Source: Elsinoe ampelina (taxonomy: Eukaryota). Taken from it: 64,000 bases of DNA. Below the pieces are notes generated by a model. That model did no database searches. It saw only the letters and a list, made by a program, of their open reading frames with translations, and was not told the DNA's origin. The position numbers and the translations under genes are program-made. Below are positions 9,752 through 20,782 of the stretch, in pieces (within the stretch, counting starts at the first letter, position 1; each line of letters starts with the position of its first letter). The DNA is taken from contig ML992501.1 of NCBI GenBank assembly GCA_010093995.1, positions 392,227 through 456,226 of the forward strand. Reading direction: 5' to 3'.

Positions 9752-10867
9752 ATGGGCAAGTCGTCCAAGGACAAACGCGACGCTTACTACCGTCTTGCCA
9801 AAGAGCAAGGATGGCGGGCGCGGTCGGCTTTCAAATTGCTTCAATTGGATGAGGAGTACAACTTGTTCGAGGATGTCACCCGCGTCGTGGACCTCTGCGC
9901 CGCGCCTGGTTCGTGGTCACAAGTCCTGTCTAGGATTTTGATCAAGGGAGAGAGTCTTGGCCGCGCAGCGTGGGAGGACAAGCGTGTCAAGCAGCAGATG
10001 CAGCTTCTCGCCCATCTCAAGAAGGATCAAACTCCATTGCAATCGACAGAGCATACTGAGAGGAAACGACAGCCACGCGAGAATGTGCGGATTGTCTCTA
10101 TCGACCTCCAGCCGATGAGTCCGCTGGAAGGCATCACTACTCTGCAAGCGGACATCACACATCCTTCGACCATTCCGCTTCTCCTCAAAGCGCTTGACGA
10201 AGAGTACGATCCGACTAATCCAAAGGCGAGCCATCCTGTCGATCTGGTAATCTCGGATGGAGCACCAGATGTGACTGGATTGCATGATCTGGATACCTAC
10301 GTCCAGTCTCAGCTCCTGTGGGCAGCACTCAATCTAGCACTGTGTGTGCTCAAGCCAGGCGGGAAGTTTGTGGCAAAGATCTTCCGTGGTAAAGACGTGG
10401 ATCTACTGTACGCTCAGATGAAGATCGTCTTTCGGTCCGTCAGTGTCGCCAAGCCACGAAGTAGCAGAGCAAGCAGTGTCGAAGCCTTTATTGTCTGCAT
10501 CGACTTCCAGCCGCCACCAGGTTTCAAGGCAAGCCTGGAGAACCCACTCGGGGCAGGACGGAAGCTTCAGCGTCCAGCAGGCACGATTCCTGAAAGGACC
10601 CAACCTTCCCGGAAAGTGCGTGAGGACGGCATCACGGAGCTTGAACTAGGTAGCGACGAGGAGAATGATCCTGACCAGACGAGATGGATTGCGCCCTTTT
10701 TGGCGTGTGGTGATCTGAGTGCATTCGACGCCGATGCAACTTATCAACTACCCAAAGATCATGTCGCACTCGATCCAGTGCAACCTCCAACAGCACCACC
10801 ATATAAGCGAGCCCTGGAGATGAGAAAGCAAGCAGGTGGCGGCTACGGGAGGACGAGTAAGCCATGA
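9752..10867 (+). CDS. TRM7: tRNA (C32/G34) 2'-O-ribose methyltransferase Trm7 (FtsJ family)
   Basis: Canonical start MGKSSKDKRDAYYRLAKEQGWRARSAFKL; motifs VDLCAAPGSWSQV, DGAPDVTGLHD, KPRSSRASSVEAF and PVQPPTAPPY. Confidence 0.95.
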   Translation: MGKSSKDKRDAYYRLAKEQGWRARSAFKLLQLDEEYNLFEDVTRVVDLCAAPGSWSQVLSRILIKGESLGRAAWEDKRVKQQMQLLAHLKKDQTPLQSTEHTERKRQPRENVRIVSIDLQPMSPLEGITTLQADITHPSTIPLLLKALDEEYDPTNPKASHPVDLVISDGAPDVTGLHDLDTYVQSQLLWAALNLALCVLKPGGKFVAKIFRGKDVDLLYAQMKIVFRSVSVAKPRSSRASSVEAFIVCIDFQPPPGFKASLENPLGAGRKLQRPAGTIPERTQPSRKVREDGITELELGSDEENDPDQTRWIAPFLACGDLSAFDADATYQLPKDHVALDPVQPPTAPPYKRALEMRKQAGGGYGRTSKP

Positions 10868-11196
10868 CATACGAATCTCACGAATGGAATCCTACACAGA
10901 ATTTGAATCTGGCGAGGCGATCGAATAAATCTGCAAGTACGTTGTATATTACATCATCTCATTGAGAGTAGCACTGCCAGTGCAATGTGAGTGCTTGGAT
11001 ACATATCCATCTTGTTTGCAATCATCCTAAGAACCCCCTATCCCCCTTGCTTTCGAGTGTCCAGTCCATCCGTGGTGAAACTGACAGTGTCAGATGAATA
11101 CCAGACAGTCCTCTTCCAGCAAGCTGCGAGAGCTGACCGGCCTTCCTCCAAAAGATCCTACCAGGCCGCGGCACCGTCAATACCGAGTTGGCTACA

Positions 11197-12321
11197 TCAA
11201 TCACTGACTTCCAAGTCCGCGAGCTGACCAGGACTGAGCTTGAACTTCACAAGCAAACTCTTCCTCCCTGATCCTGCCAGCTCAGCGCCCAACACCGAAT
11301 CCCTCCTCTGATCCCCCTCCATCCCTTCCTCGACCCCACTCAGCATCTCCACATCCTCCCCTCCCGCCTCAGCCGCATCTTCCATCTTCACATCCACATT
11401 CCCCTCCTCCCCCTGCTCCTCCCTCTTCACCCTCTCCCTCACCACCCTCTCCCTCCTCCTCTCCACCGCCTCCCTCACAGCCTCCCCCGCATCAACCCCC
11501 TTCCACTCCTTCCTCACCCACCTCCTGCCCCCCCTCGCACTCTCCACAACCCTCACCACCTCCTCCTCCCCCTCCACCTCCCTCAACAACTCCACCACCC
11601 GTCCAGGCAACCCCTTCCGTCCCTCCACCTCCACCCCACCATAGTGCCCACTATACCCCGGATCCGCGCTCCCATCCAGCAACAGCCCCTTACCCTCCCA
11701 CTCCTGCGTGACAGGAAACGGCTTCGGGCGCGGGAAGACCTCGTACCGCACCATTTTCATCCGGGGGTGTTTGGGGTGGTTGTCCCGCTCTGCGACGTGG
11801 AAGTAGAACCTGCCGTGTGTGGCGGTGAAGCCGTGAGCGCCGCGGATGATGGGGTGGAGGATCTGGGCGGAGGGGTGGTGTGCGCTTGAGGGACCGGGGG
11901 GGGAGGGGGAGGTCGGGTGCGTGAGGGGGGCGGATGAGGTGGTGTTGGGTTGGGTGGTGGGGGCTGGCATTTTTGTTGGAGAGGGGGGGAGGCCGAGGCG
12001 GATGCGGGTCTCGAGGAGGGCGGATTCGGCGCGGGAGGGGTTGAGGGTGTGAGGGCTCACGGGGTGGGTCCTGTTGGGTTGATTGAATGGTTGCGTGGGC
12101 TTCATCCGGATGACGGTCGGAGTATTGTCTTTGAGGCTTGGCTTAGTCGGAGATGGCGTGTGAGGTTGCTGAGGTAGGTCGTGGTTGGAGGCATGAGATA
12201 TGAATTGAGATGAAGGATTTCTGTCTCTGGTCTGCGCGCGTGTCACTCTTCTGTCCGGCTCCTGGTAGTTATGGTCCTGTGTATCGAGAGCAGCATCGGT
12301 TGTAAGAACGGGGGAAGACAT
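11197..12321 (-). CDS. Orphan hypothetical protein (~374 aa): Pro/Ser/Thr-rich N-half, Glu/Gly/Arg-rich C-half
   Basis: Long ORF with a plausible ATG at 12321 (MSSPVLTT). No domain recognised. Composition follows the local skew domain. Confidence 0.55.
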   Translation of the reverse strand: MSSPVLTTDAALDTQDHNYQEPDRRVTRAQTRDRNPSSQFISHASNHDLPQQPHTPSPTKPSLKDNTPTVIRMKPTQPFNQPNRTHPVSPHTLNPSRAESALLETRIRLGLPPSPTKMPAPTTQPNTTSSAPLTHPTSPSPPGPSSAHHPSAQILHPIIRGAHGFTATHGRFYFHVAERDNHPKHPRMKMVRYEVFPRPKPFPVTQEWEGKGLLLDGSADPGYSGHYGGVEVEGRKGLPGRVVELLREVEGEEEVVRVVESARGGRRWVRKEWKGVDAGEAVREAVERRRERVVRERVKREEQGEEGNVDVKMEDAAEAGGEDVEMLSGVEEGMEGDQRRDSVLGAELAGSGRKSLLVKFKLSPGQLADLEVSD

Positions 12322-12709
12322 TATGCTAGGGTTGTCGGTATATGAGAACCATGTAAAAAGGTGGTGAACTGAATTTATACTGTGTTTGCGAAGCCGCAAC
12401 TGCAGATGCCGTGCTTCTAAGCGACTGTGACTTGGTACGGGTGCTGGCATGTGAAAGGCGGCTAACACGTTAGAGGCTTGGATCCGCGGATATGTGTCCA
12501 CCAATTGAGTAGCATCACTACTTTCACCACGTTCGTCGAATCACATTAACACTGGAGAGCATGATGTTTCTGGGGAGACATTTGATATTGATCGTGAAAC
12601 CTACAGAAAAGAAAGAATCGTCTGAGAATAGAAAAAGAGCCCCAAGGGACTTTTGATCCTACCAGCTTCGTGACATCAACCAGAACTCATGACTTGGACA
12701 ACTCACCTA

Positions 12710-12946
12710 TCACTTCTTTGACTTCTTCATGGCGACCAAGATGTTGGCAGCGTCCACATCCTCCTTGGCCGGCACAGGCTGGGTAGCGAGCTGCACCATA
12801 GCCTGCGCGGCTTCATCCCTGCGCCAGACTGCGAGACATTCCTCCTTGGTAGCGTGGTTGGTGGCCATGGAGGGATACTTGCATCGGATCTGGAAGACGT
12901 GCATGGCGTCGATCTGTGCCTGGGTGAGGGTGGGCTTTGGTGGCAT
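12710..12946 (-). CDS. Small 78-aa hypothetical protein with two AAxx(M/L) helical motifs and a basic C-terminus
   Basis: ATG in good context (ATCATGCCA), C/G-ending codons, repeated DEAAQAMVQLA / DVDAANILVAMK, ends in KKSKK. Confidence 0.5.
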   Translation of the reverse strand: MPPKPTLTQAQIDAMHVFQIRCKYPSMATNHATKEECLAVWRRDEAAQAMVQLATQPVPAKEDVDAANILVAMKKSKK

Positions 12947-13494
12947 GATGTAGATAGGAAAGCTGTAGTGATTTGGGTATGAAGAAATGGACAATGAGAA
13001 GACTTGTAGAAGCGAGTACGGATGATCTAGAAGAGAAGGGCAGCAGGGAATCGTGGTACCATAAGTACTACAACACCTTCGTTGTCCAGAACAAGTGAAT
13101 GAAGCATGGACAAAGAGGCATACAATGGCCATGCTGATGTCGTTGACTACCACTACAAAGCCGCAAAGCAAACAAAGCAGATGAAAGATACGGGACCAGA
13201 CATAGGATGGCGACGATGGTCGAGCTCAGCTTACTCAAGCACGTGACCAGTCTGGTAGTTCTGCAAATGTGCCTTACGGACGTCAGCAGGGGCATAGCGG
13301 GCTTGCCGCTGGGCAGGTGCTGGGTTGTAAAGTGGTGAAGATGTATGAGTATCGCTATATCGACCAGAGATATGACGAGATGACGAGATGCATTTTTGGG
13401 ACAATTGTGGATCCCAGAGATGAAGCAGAGGTTGGATTGCTGGCGGACGTTTGAGGACACCCAATTGAGCCTAGCGTCGAGTCCCCTGGACCAA

Positions 13495-13520
13495 CCGACC
13501 ATCCGACCATCCGACCATCC
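13495..13520 (+). repeat. Short tandem repeat (CCGACCAT)x3
   Basis: ccgaccatccgaccatccgaccatcc is directly visible upstream of the TBC gene. Confidence 0.8.
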
Positions 13521-13833
13521 GCCCGCGCTCTGACCTCTTGATCGGCGACAGCATTGTTCCCGTCCCTCCTCCTCCTGCAGAGCGTTGTTGATAGACACTG
13601 CGGTCTTCAACGGCGACCGTTACTATCCCTCCTCCTCCTTGGATCCCTCTCCTTCGCAACGCAGCTCACTCTTTTGCTGCTGCGCGTATCCATTCTTTCC
13701 ACAAATGCTGCAATTAATCCTGGAAACACGATAGTCGACCACGTGAGAGTTCTGGTAGTTGTAATCCAAAGAAGGGAAGGTTCACTCTGCGCATACAAGG
13801 ACTGCTGGCGGCCCTTCCACCTGGACCTCGAAT

Positions 13834-16800
13834 ATGGCAGCTGTACAGCTTGTGGATGTCTCGCTAGACGACCACACCGATCACACACCACCATCTCCCG
13901 TGCATAATGCGAGGACGAATACCAATTCCCTCATCAGCGTTGCTCTGTCCGACATCGACGAGCCAAAGACTCCTTTAGGAGCCTCAGTAGCCCAGCCGAC
14001 CAAACCTGAGACGCTTATAGACCTATCAGACGATGTCATCTCATTAATGCCCTCCGAGGATGATCTCGAATCTATTCACACCGAAAGCGAGTCACAAAGC
14101 GAAGCTAGAGACTTTGTTGTTCCTCAACTACCAGAGCCCAGGCCGAGGGACAAGAGACAGTCAAGATCAAGCCATGTCCGACAAAAGTCCTCGCTGCAAG
14201 AGCCAGACATGGCCGCGCTGCTTGCGCGACTCGAAATGGAGAACCAGGCCATTGCAAAGGATCCAAAGTCTGGTATTGCCACTGTTGGAGCCCATACAGG
14301 ACCTGGTGCCTCGTTTGAGTACAGAGTCAGGGATACTGTATGCTCTTCTCTCTCGCTAGTCACCATACCTGAAGAGGCATTGGGAATGAGCTTGGGCGAT
14401 TTTTGGGCAATGGTCACAAAGGATTACCAACAAGCGCTTCGAGTCCTGCCAACAATGACACCCCTGATGATTCACAAAGGAGTGCCCGACTTTCTCCGCT
14501 CCGCCGTCTGGCCTGGTGTAGCTGGAGCATGGGATGCCTCGCTCCAAGTCGAGTACGACAGTCTTTGCGAGCGCTTGCTGCATGAGAAGCCCACGAATGA
14601 ACACATCATCAACAAGGATCTCGCACGATGCTTCCCTCAGCACGAGCTCTTCCGAGACGCAGAAGGAGAAGGACAAAAGATGCTTGGAACGGTCTTGAAG
14701 TGCTATTCCTTGTACGACTCTGAGATCGGATACTGTCAAGGCATGGCGTTCGTGGCTGGTGCTCTTCTCATGAACATGCCAGCCAAGGACGCCTTCTGCG
14801 TCTTCGCAAAGTAGGCGCGAATATCGCTCGTAGGATGCACATTCACTAATCTGCCCTAGGCTCATGGAGAACCACAACATGCGAACTCTGTATTCGCTTT
14901 CCCTGACTGGTCTGCATTCTCGTACCTACCAGCTTAAAAAGTTCATGGGTCAGATCGCGCCGGACCTCCTGGCACATCTTAGCAAACTCGGCGTGGAGCT
15001 GGCCTATCTGTCTCAGTGGTTCATGACCATGTTTGCCACGAGCTGTCCTCTCAACATCCTCTTCCGAATATACGATGTTGTGTTTGCCGAAGGTGCCGAC
15101 GAGACCATGCTACGAGTCGCCCTAGCGTTGATTCTCAGCAATGAACATAAGATCATGTGCATGAAAGAGCTGGAAGAGGTACTACATCTGCTACTTGGAC
15201 GCCGCTTGTGGGAGCCATATCAGGCGGAGCCGGATTTCTTGATGGACGAAATTGCAAGACTGAGCAATGTTGTGACGAGAGAGGAGCTTGACAAACTCGA
15301 GAAACAATTCTTTGAGCAAGCTGCTGGCGAGTCACGGGACACGACAGTCCGTGCTCTTGGATTCACGTCTGGTTTCTCAGGTTTCAAGTTCTTTGAGCAC
15401 TTCCGCTCACCGAGTACTGCTACTGCGAAACTACCAGCCCGATCACCCTCAAGCAACACACTTTTGGAGATGCCAGGCCATGTACCACGCAGATCGGTCT
15501 CGAAGCGATCCGTTAACACCATCGACTCTTCTGTCGGCAGTGGAAGTGGTGCTGACAGTCTGATGAGCGCAGAGTCACAAGCTAGCACCGCCGCCACCGA
15601 GTTTGACAGCAACACTGAACGTGCCAGCACAACGACATTCAAGTCAACCCGAACAAACAGAACCGAAGATCGGGGTTTGCATGAACAGGTCGAGGGCCTG
15701 CTACTTGCTTTGTCCGAAGTGCAAAGGGAGGCTGCCGAGACCGCTGCCCAGTTGCAGATGGAACAACGCCGTAAAGAGTCAATGGCTGAGATCGTCATGA
15801 GACTGAAGGATCTGGTAATGCAGAAGGAGCAAGTGCAGGAGACTGTCAAGAGGGATCGCCGGAAGACCATGCCCTCGCGGATCGACATCGAGCATGCTCA
15901 GGGTGTACTTAAAGACCTGCGTAGGAAGTCGGTTGTGATCAGCTCGGCGGCGAGGTCCGTCTCGCTCAATAATCTGGGTGCAACAACGCCAGACGTGGAG
16001 CTGCAAGATTCGCTTGGTCGTCTCTGCACGCTGCTTGAGACTGAGAGTAATCCTCCTACTGGTACACCCAAGTCGGAGATGGGCTCGTTCTTCGACCAAG
16101 CTGCTGGTTCCGATCAAGAAAGGACTGTCAGGACCAAACGACGAGATTCAGTACGCTTCAGCCTGTTCAGAGAGTCATCCCAGCGCAGCAATCGCTCGCC
16201 AATGGCAGGACCCTCTCGATTGGCTCAACAGCAAGGTATTCCTACCACTAATGCATCGAGCTCTGCCAACACCCCCGGTTCTTCACCATCTCACGAGTCT
16301 ATGGACTACTGGCCGGAAGCTTCCATGTTCGACTCACCTGCGGTGTCGGGCAACTCGCCACAAGTACAGCCACGGCAATCGTCATTACAAGCCCGCGAAG
16401 TCCTCCGCATGTCCAACTCTCATTCCACTCAAGATGAAGCACTCCTCGTTGAGCTTGTCAATGCAAAGACACGTGAGGCTACTGCAATTCACGAACGAGA
16501 TGAGCTCAAACAGCAGATGGACAAGATGCGCAAGAACCAGGAGAAGCGTGAAACCGAGTGGAGCCAGAAGCTGCATGAGATGGAGCGCCTCATGATCTCA
16601 CAGCAGAAGGCACTACGGGCACAGGAGGAGGCTCATGACGCTGAGCTGTCACGCTACAGGCCGAGCGTGTCTAAGCCCAAGCCTTCCATCTCGCTCAGTC
16701 CATTTCCAGAACAAAAGGTGGACCGCAACGCAAGTGTCAGTCTGTGGCCCAGCGCTGCTCCCGCGGAGCCCACCACGCCCACCAAGCTACAGCCGCAAGC

Positions 16801-16867
16801 TGCTGAGGGTGGGACTGGTTGGGGATGGTTCAGACAGAGAAAGGTGTCGACGGGGAGTGTATCATGA
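13834..16867 (+). CDS. TBC-domain Rab GTPase-activating protein (Gyp5/EVI5-like) with C-terminal coiled coils; exons 13834..14810 and 14860..16867
   Basis: TBC motifs INKDLARCFP (R-finger), IGYCQGMAF (Q-finger) and YLSQWFMTMF. Intron 14811..14859 (GTAGGC...CTAAT...TAG) restores FAK-LMEN. Confidence 0.9.
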
Positions 16868-17334
16868 TAAATTACATTGGGAGAACGAATGTCAATAGGA
16901 GTAATAGTCTATTTTGTGGATAATATTTGCATCTGCGAACACAGCGCGGCGCATTGGGGGGGCGTAGGTAATTAGGGACGAGCAGGAGCTCGATAACGAC
17001 CATACAACGCCGTATAGGCTGTGAATACATTTCTCGCACCACCAGATACTGTACATGTCGAGCTGTGCTGTAGAATTGATGATGATCATGATCAGAGCTA
17101 ACCAAACACCAAAGAGAGGTTCAAAAACATCAGCCATTTTGCCGCTAGAGACGGATTCGGAAGGTGCTCCATCACCACCAGGACCAACCTCTCCACCAAC
17201 ACGGCACATCAACCGTAGGATTCTACTTGGATTATCATAAGGTGAGCTTCATCTGCTGTGTTTCGAACTTCCAGGACCTGTATAGGCAAGTAGAATTCTC
17301 CCATTCTTCTTCCCCTCCCACACACGCCTTGATC

Positions 17335-18780
17335 ATGACCCGCAAAGCACCCGCCCAGTTCTGGAATGGCCAGTCGACCATCATCCCCGCCACGAACCCA
17401 ATCACCAGCAATGACGGGTCCATTGACCTCCCAGAACACCTTCTCCGTCCCCAAGACGACCCCTCCCCCACCCCAGACCGCTTCATCGTCACAGCCGACA
17501 CCCTCATCCCCGGCCGCGGCACCCCCATCCACTCCGCCGCCATCGTCGTCTCAGGCAGCACCATCACCCACGTCGGCCCAGCCAGCACCATCCTCTCCCT
17601 CCTCTCCACCGAGCTCTGCCGCCCCCTCAGCTCCTTCCACGACACCGGCCTCCCCACCACTCACGTCCGCATCCTCCTCCCCGGCATGTGGGACTGCCAC
17701 GTGCACCTCATGGGCATCCACAAAGTGACCTCGTCCGACATTGTGTCCTCGCACCTCTCCCCCATTCTCACGGGGGCCCGCTCCGCCCGCGACGTCATGC
17801 TCCTCCTCAACGCGGGCTTCACTTCCGTCCGCGAGATGGGGGGTTACGGCATCCAGCTTGACGCTGCCATCGAGGAGGGGTCGCTGGTGGGACCGAAGAT
17901 TTACTCTGCCAATTGCATCATCAGCCAGACGGGGGGACATGCGGACGCGCATGATATGCCGCTCGATTGGTTCCATGATGCGACGGAGCATGGGTTGCCG
18001 TGCTACACGGCGGATGGGGTGGCGGAGTGTGTCAAGGCGGTGAGGATGCAGTTGCGGGCGGGGGCGAAGGTGATTAAGATTTGTGGGAGTGGAGGGGTCG
18101 GGAGTGAGAGGGATAATCCTGTTGATCAGCAGTTCAGGGATGATGAGATTGCGGCGATTGTGGAGGAGGCGGAGAGGGCGCAGAGGGTGGTGGGTGCGCA
18201 CTGTCATGGGAAGAAGGGGATTATGGCGAGTTTGAGAGGGGGTGTGAGGACGATTGAGCATGGGAGTTATATCGATCAGGAGGCGGCGGATTTGATGTTG
18301 GAGAAGGACGCGATGTTGGTGGCGACGAGGTTGATCATTGAGGATGGGTTGAGGTTGGGGAGGGATATGTTTAGTCCTGTAGGGTACGAGAAGTTGAAGG
18401 TCACGGCAAAGGCCCATTGGCAGGCGTATCAGTTGGCGATCAATGCAGGGGTGAAATGTGCGCTGGGGACGGATACTGGAGTGAGTATTCCTGGCGGAAT
18501 TTCACAGGGCAGGAATGCGTTGGAGCTGGTGTATGCTGTCAAGGCGGGCATGTCGAATCTGCAGGCTCTGGAAATGGCTACTGCAAATGGACCTGATACA
18601 CTAGGACCGCAGGCACCGAAGAGTGGGCAAATCAAGGCTGGGTACGATGCCGACTTCATCGGTGTAGATGGCGATGTATTGTCGGATATCAGCATACTTG
18701 CTGATGTTGACAAGATCAAGTATGTTTGGCGCGGTGGAAAGGAATACAAGGCACCAGGCAAACCTGTGAGCATCATATAG
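17335..18780 (+). CDS. Metal-dependent amidohydrolase, Xaa-Pro dipeptidase/ochratoxinase-like subgroup
   Basis: PGMWDCHVH (HxH), GFTSVREMG, SQTGGHAD, VIKICGSGGV (carbamylated Lys), AHCHG, IEHG, LGTD and GYDADFI. Confidence 0.9.
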   Translation: MTRKAPAQFWNGQSTIIPATNPITSNDGSIDLPEHLLRPQDDPSPTPDRFIVTADTLIPGRGTPIHSAAIVVSGSTITHVGPASTILSLLSTELCRPLSSFHDTGLPTTHVRILLPGMWDCHVHLMGIHKVTSSDIVSSHLSPILTGARSARDVMLLLNAGFTSVREMGGYGIQLDAAIEEGSLVGPKIYSANCIISQTGGHADAHDMPLDWFHDATEHGLPCYTADGVAECVKAVRMQLRAGAKVIKICGSGGVGSERDNPVDQQFRDDEIAAIVEEAERAQRVVGAHCHGKKGIMASLRGGVRTIEHGSYIDQEAADLMLEKDAMLVATRLIIEDGLRLGRDMFSPVGYEKLKVTAKAHWQAYQLAINAGVKCALGTDTGVSIPGGISQGRNALELVYAVKAGMSNLQALEMATANGPDTLGPQAPKSGQIKAGYDADFIGVDGDVLSDISILADVDKIKYVWRGGKEYKAPGKPVSII

Positions 18781-19145
18781 GATGGCAGGATGGGAGATCG
18801 TGTGGGAACATGGTGTGCCAGATCGAATGTATATAGAGAGCAAGAAGCTGCTGCAGAGCTAAGGTCCACCGCCTGACAACCATGCTATCTCTGATATTGT
18901 AGTTGTGCCCAAATTCATGCACTCACTCCCTGCAGGTCCCATGTCGTACTAATCCCACAGGGCAAAATAAATGCATTTAACTTACTGGCAGCACAGAAAT
19001 GAAGCTGGCCAAACATATCGGCCATGCATAATTGCATTTAGCCAGAGCCGCACTAGCAGATCTACCCGCAACTCAATCTGGCCCAGAAGTTTTTCGAGGA
19101 TGGAGCTGTCATCTTCACTTTGACATCCTCTCGCCATCCCGCATC

Positions 19146-20120
19146 ATGGCCTCTTTCCTCCCTCGAGCGGCCAAGCGGGTCCGTCTCACTTCACCCTCCG
19201 CCTCCTGCCCACGATGCTCCCCCCTCCGACCCCTCACCACTACACCAACCCTCCACTCGCCTCCCCCACCTCCTCCCTCTACCTCGTCCTCTCCGGCCAC
19301 CGACGAACAAACCACCCACTTCGGCTACCAATCCGTCCCCACCTCCCTCAAAGCCTCGCGAGTAGCCACCGTCTTCTCCTCCGTCGCCACCTCCTACGAC
19401 ACCATGAACGACCTCATGTCCCTCGGCATCCACCGGCTCTGGAAAGACACGTTCGTGCGCAGCCTCAACCCAGGCTCCCCCTCCCCGTCCCCACCGTGGT
19501 CCATCCTCGACATCGCCGGCGGAACAGGCGACATCGCGCTGCGCATGCTCGAGCACGCGACCCTGATCAACAACGACTCGTCCACCCACGTGACGGTCTC
19601 GGACATCAACCCGGCCATGCTCGCAGAGGGGGAAAAGCGTCTCCGGCAGACGGAGTACTTCAAAGCCGGCAGAGTCGCTTTCCTCGAAGCCAATGCCGAG
19701 AACCTCCACACTGTTCCCGACGCGTCGATAGACCTGTACACCGTCGCTTTTGGCATCAGGAACTTCACTGACAAGGCGGCCGCGTTGCGCGAGGCCTACC
19801 GCGTGCTCAAACCCGGGGGAACATTCGCGTGTCTCGAGTTCAGTAAAGTCACGAACCCCCTCATGGACGCAGTGTATAAGAGGTGGAGCTTCGGGGCGAT
19901 ACCCTTGATCGGGCAGGTGGTCGCGGGGGATAGGGATAGTTATCAGTACCTCGTTGAAAGCATAGACAAGTTTCCGAGCCAAGAGGAGTTTGCGGGGATG
20001 ATTAGGGAGGCGGGGTTCGTGGTGCCTGGTGAGGGGTTGGGCAAGGGGGAGGAGAGGGCGTGGGTGGATTTGACAGGGGGGATTGCGGCGGTGCACAAGG
20101 GGGTGAAACCTCTCCGGTAG
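19146..20120 (+). CDS. COQ5: Ubiquinone biosynthesis C-methyltransferase Coq5, mitochondrial
   Basis: THFGY, VFSSVATSYDTMNDLMSLGIHRLWK, ILDIAGGTGDIA and SYQYLVESI; Arg-rich presequence from ATG 19146. Confidence 0.95.
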   Translation: MASFLPRAAKRVRLTSPSASCPRCSPLRPLTTTPTLHSPPPPPPSTSSSPATDEQTTHFGYQSVPTSLKASRVATVFSSVATSYDTMNDLMSLGIHRLWKDTFVRSLNPGSPSPSPPWSILDIAGGTGDIALRMLEHATLINNDSSTHVTVSDINPAMLAEGEKRLRQTEYFKAGRVAFLEANAENLHTVPDASIDLYTVAFGIRNFTDKAAALREAYRVLKPGGTFACLEFSKVTNPLMDAVYKRWSFGAIPLIGQVVAGDRDSYQYLVESIDKFPSQEEFAGMIREAGFVVPGEGLGKGEERAWVDLTGGIAAVHKGVKPLR

Positions 20121-20782
20121 TGCAAGGGGGTGAGAGGAGGGGGAGCAGGGGAGTGAGATGTTACTATTGTATACATATCGCGAGACGCTATTTGCTATCA
20201 ATTGGACAAACAGACAAGGTATAAAATGGCAATAGTGAGGGCGAGATGGGGTGTGGTGCGGTGTTGATATAATGTCGCGTGAAGAGGTGTGTAATGGTGT
20301 GATGATGATGCAGAGCTCGCCTTGGGAATTCTGTCTGCTGCCTTTCTTGTGTACTCCAATAATCAAGACAAGCAACTCCTGTCTCCAACAGTGAAAGATT
20401 GTGCAAATCAAAAGCGTGTCAGACGCCGGGTTGTGATCCGAGGAAAGGCGCTCGCTGTCAAATCCAGGGGAAAAGATGTGACGAGGGTATGAAGAATTGG
20501 AGCGATAGCAAGCCTACGTGGGCAGCAGGCTCGTGTCGATCCTTCCGAAGGTGGTCTAGATAGTCATGTCGCCGTTTCTGTGCGGTGCGAGGACGGTACA
20601 TTCGCATTTGTTGATGATGTGGATCTGTCCAAGTCACCGGGGGTGGTATGTCGAGATACAGGGAGAGAGCCCTGCTTCAGTAGGTGGTGTCGTATCGAGT
20701 CGTAGAGAGAACGCCGGGGTGCGATCGGGGATAGACGATTGATAATGCTGTTCTGTGACCAGCGATTACCATTGGAAGGACT

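Noticed and set aside
11290..12130. C-rich and G-rich arms as true inverted repeats, hairpins or MITEs
   Set aside because: The complementarity is compositional only. I see no extended sequence-level match, TIR or TSD, and equivalent domains lie inside conserved coding sequence.
1..20120. Secondary-metabolite cluster (P450, amidohydrolase, methyltransferases)
   Set aside because: There is no backbone synthase. The methyltransferases are housekeeping TRM7 and COQ5, interspersed with unrelated core genes.
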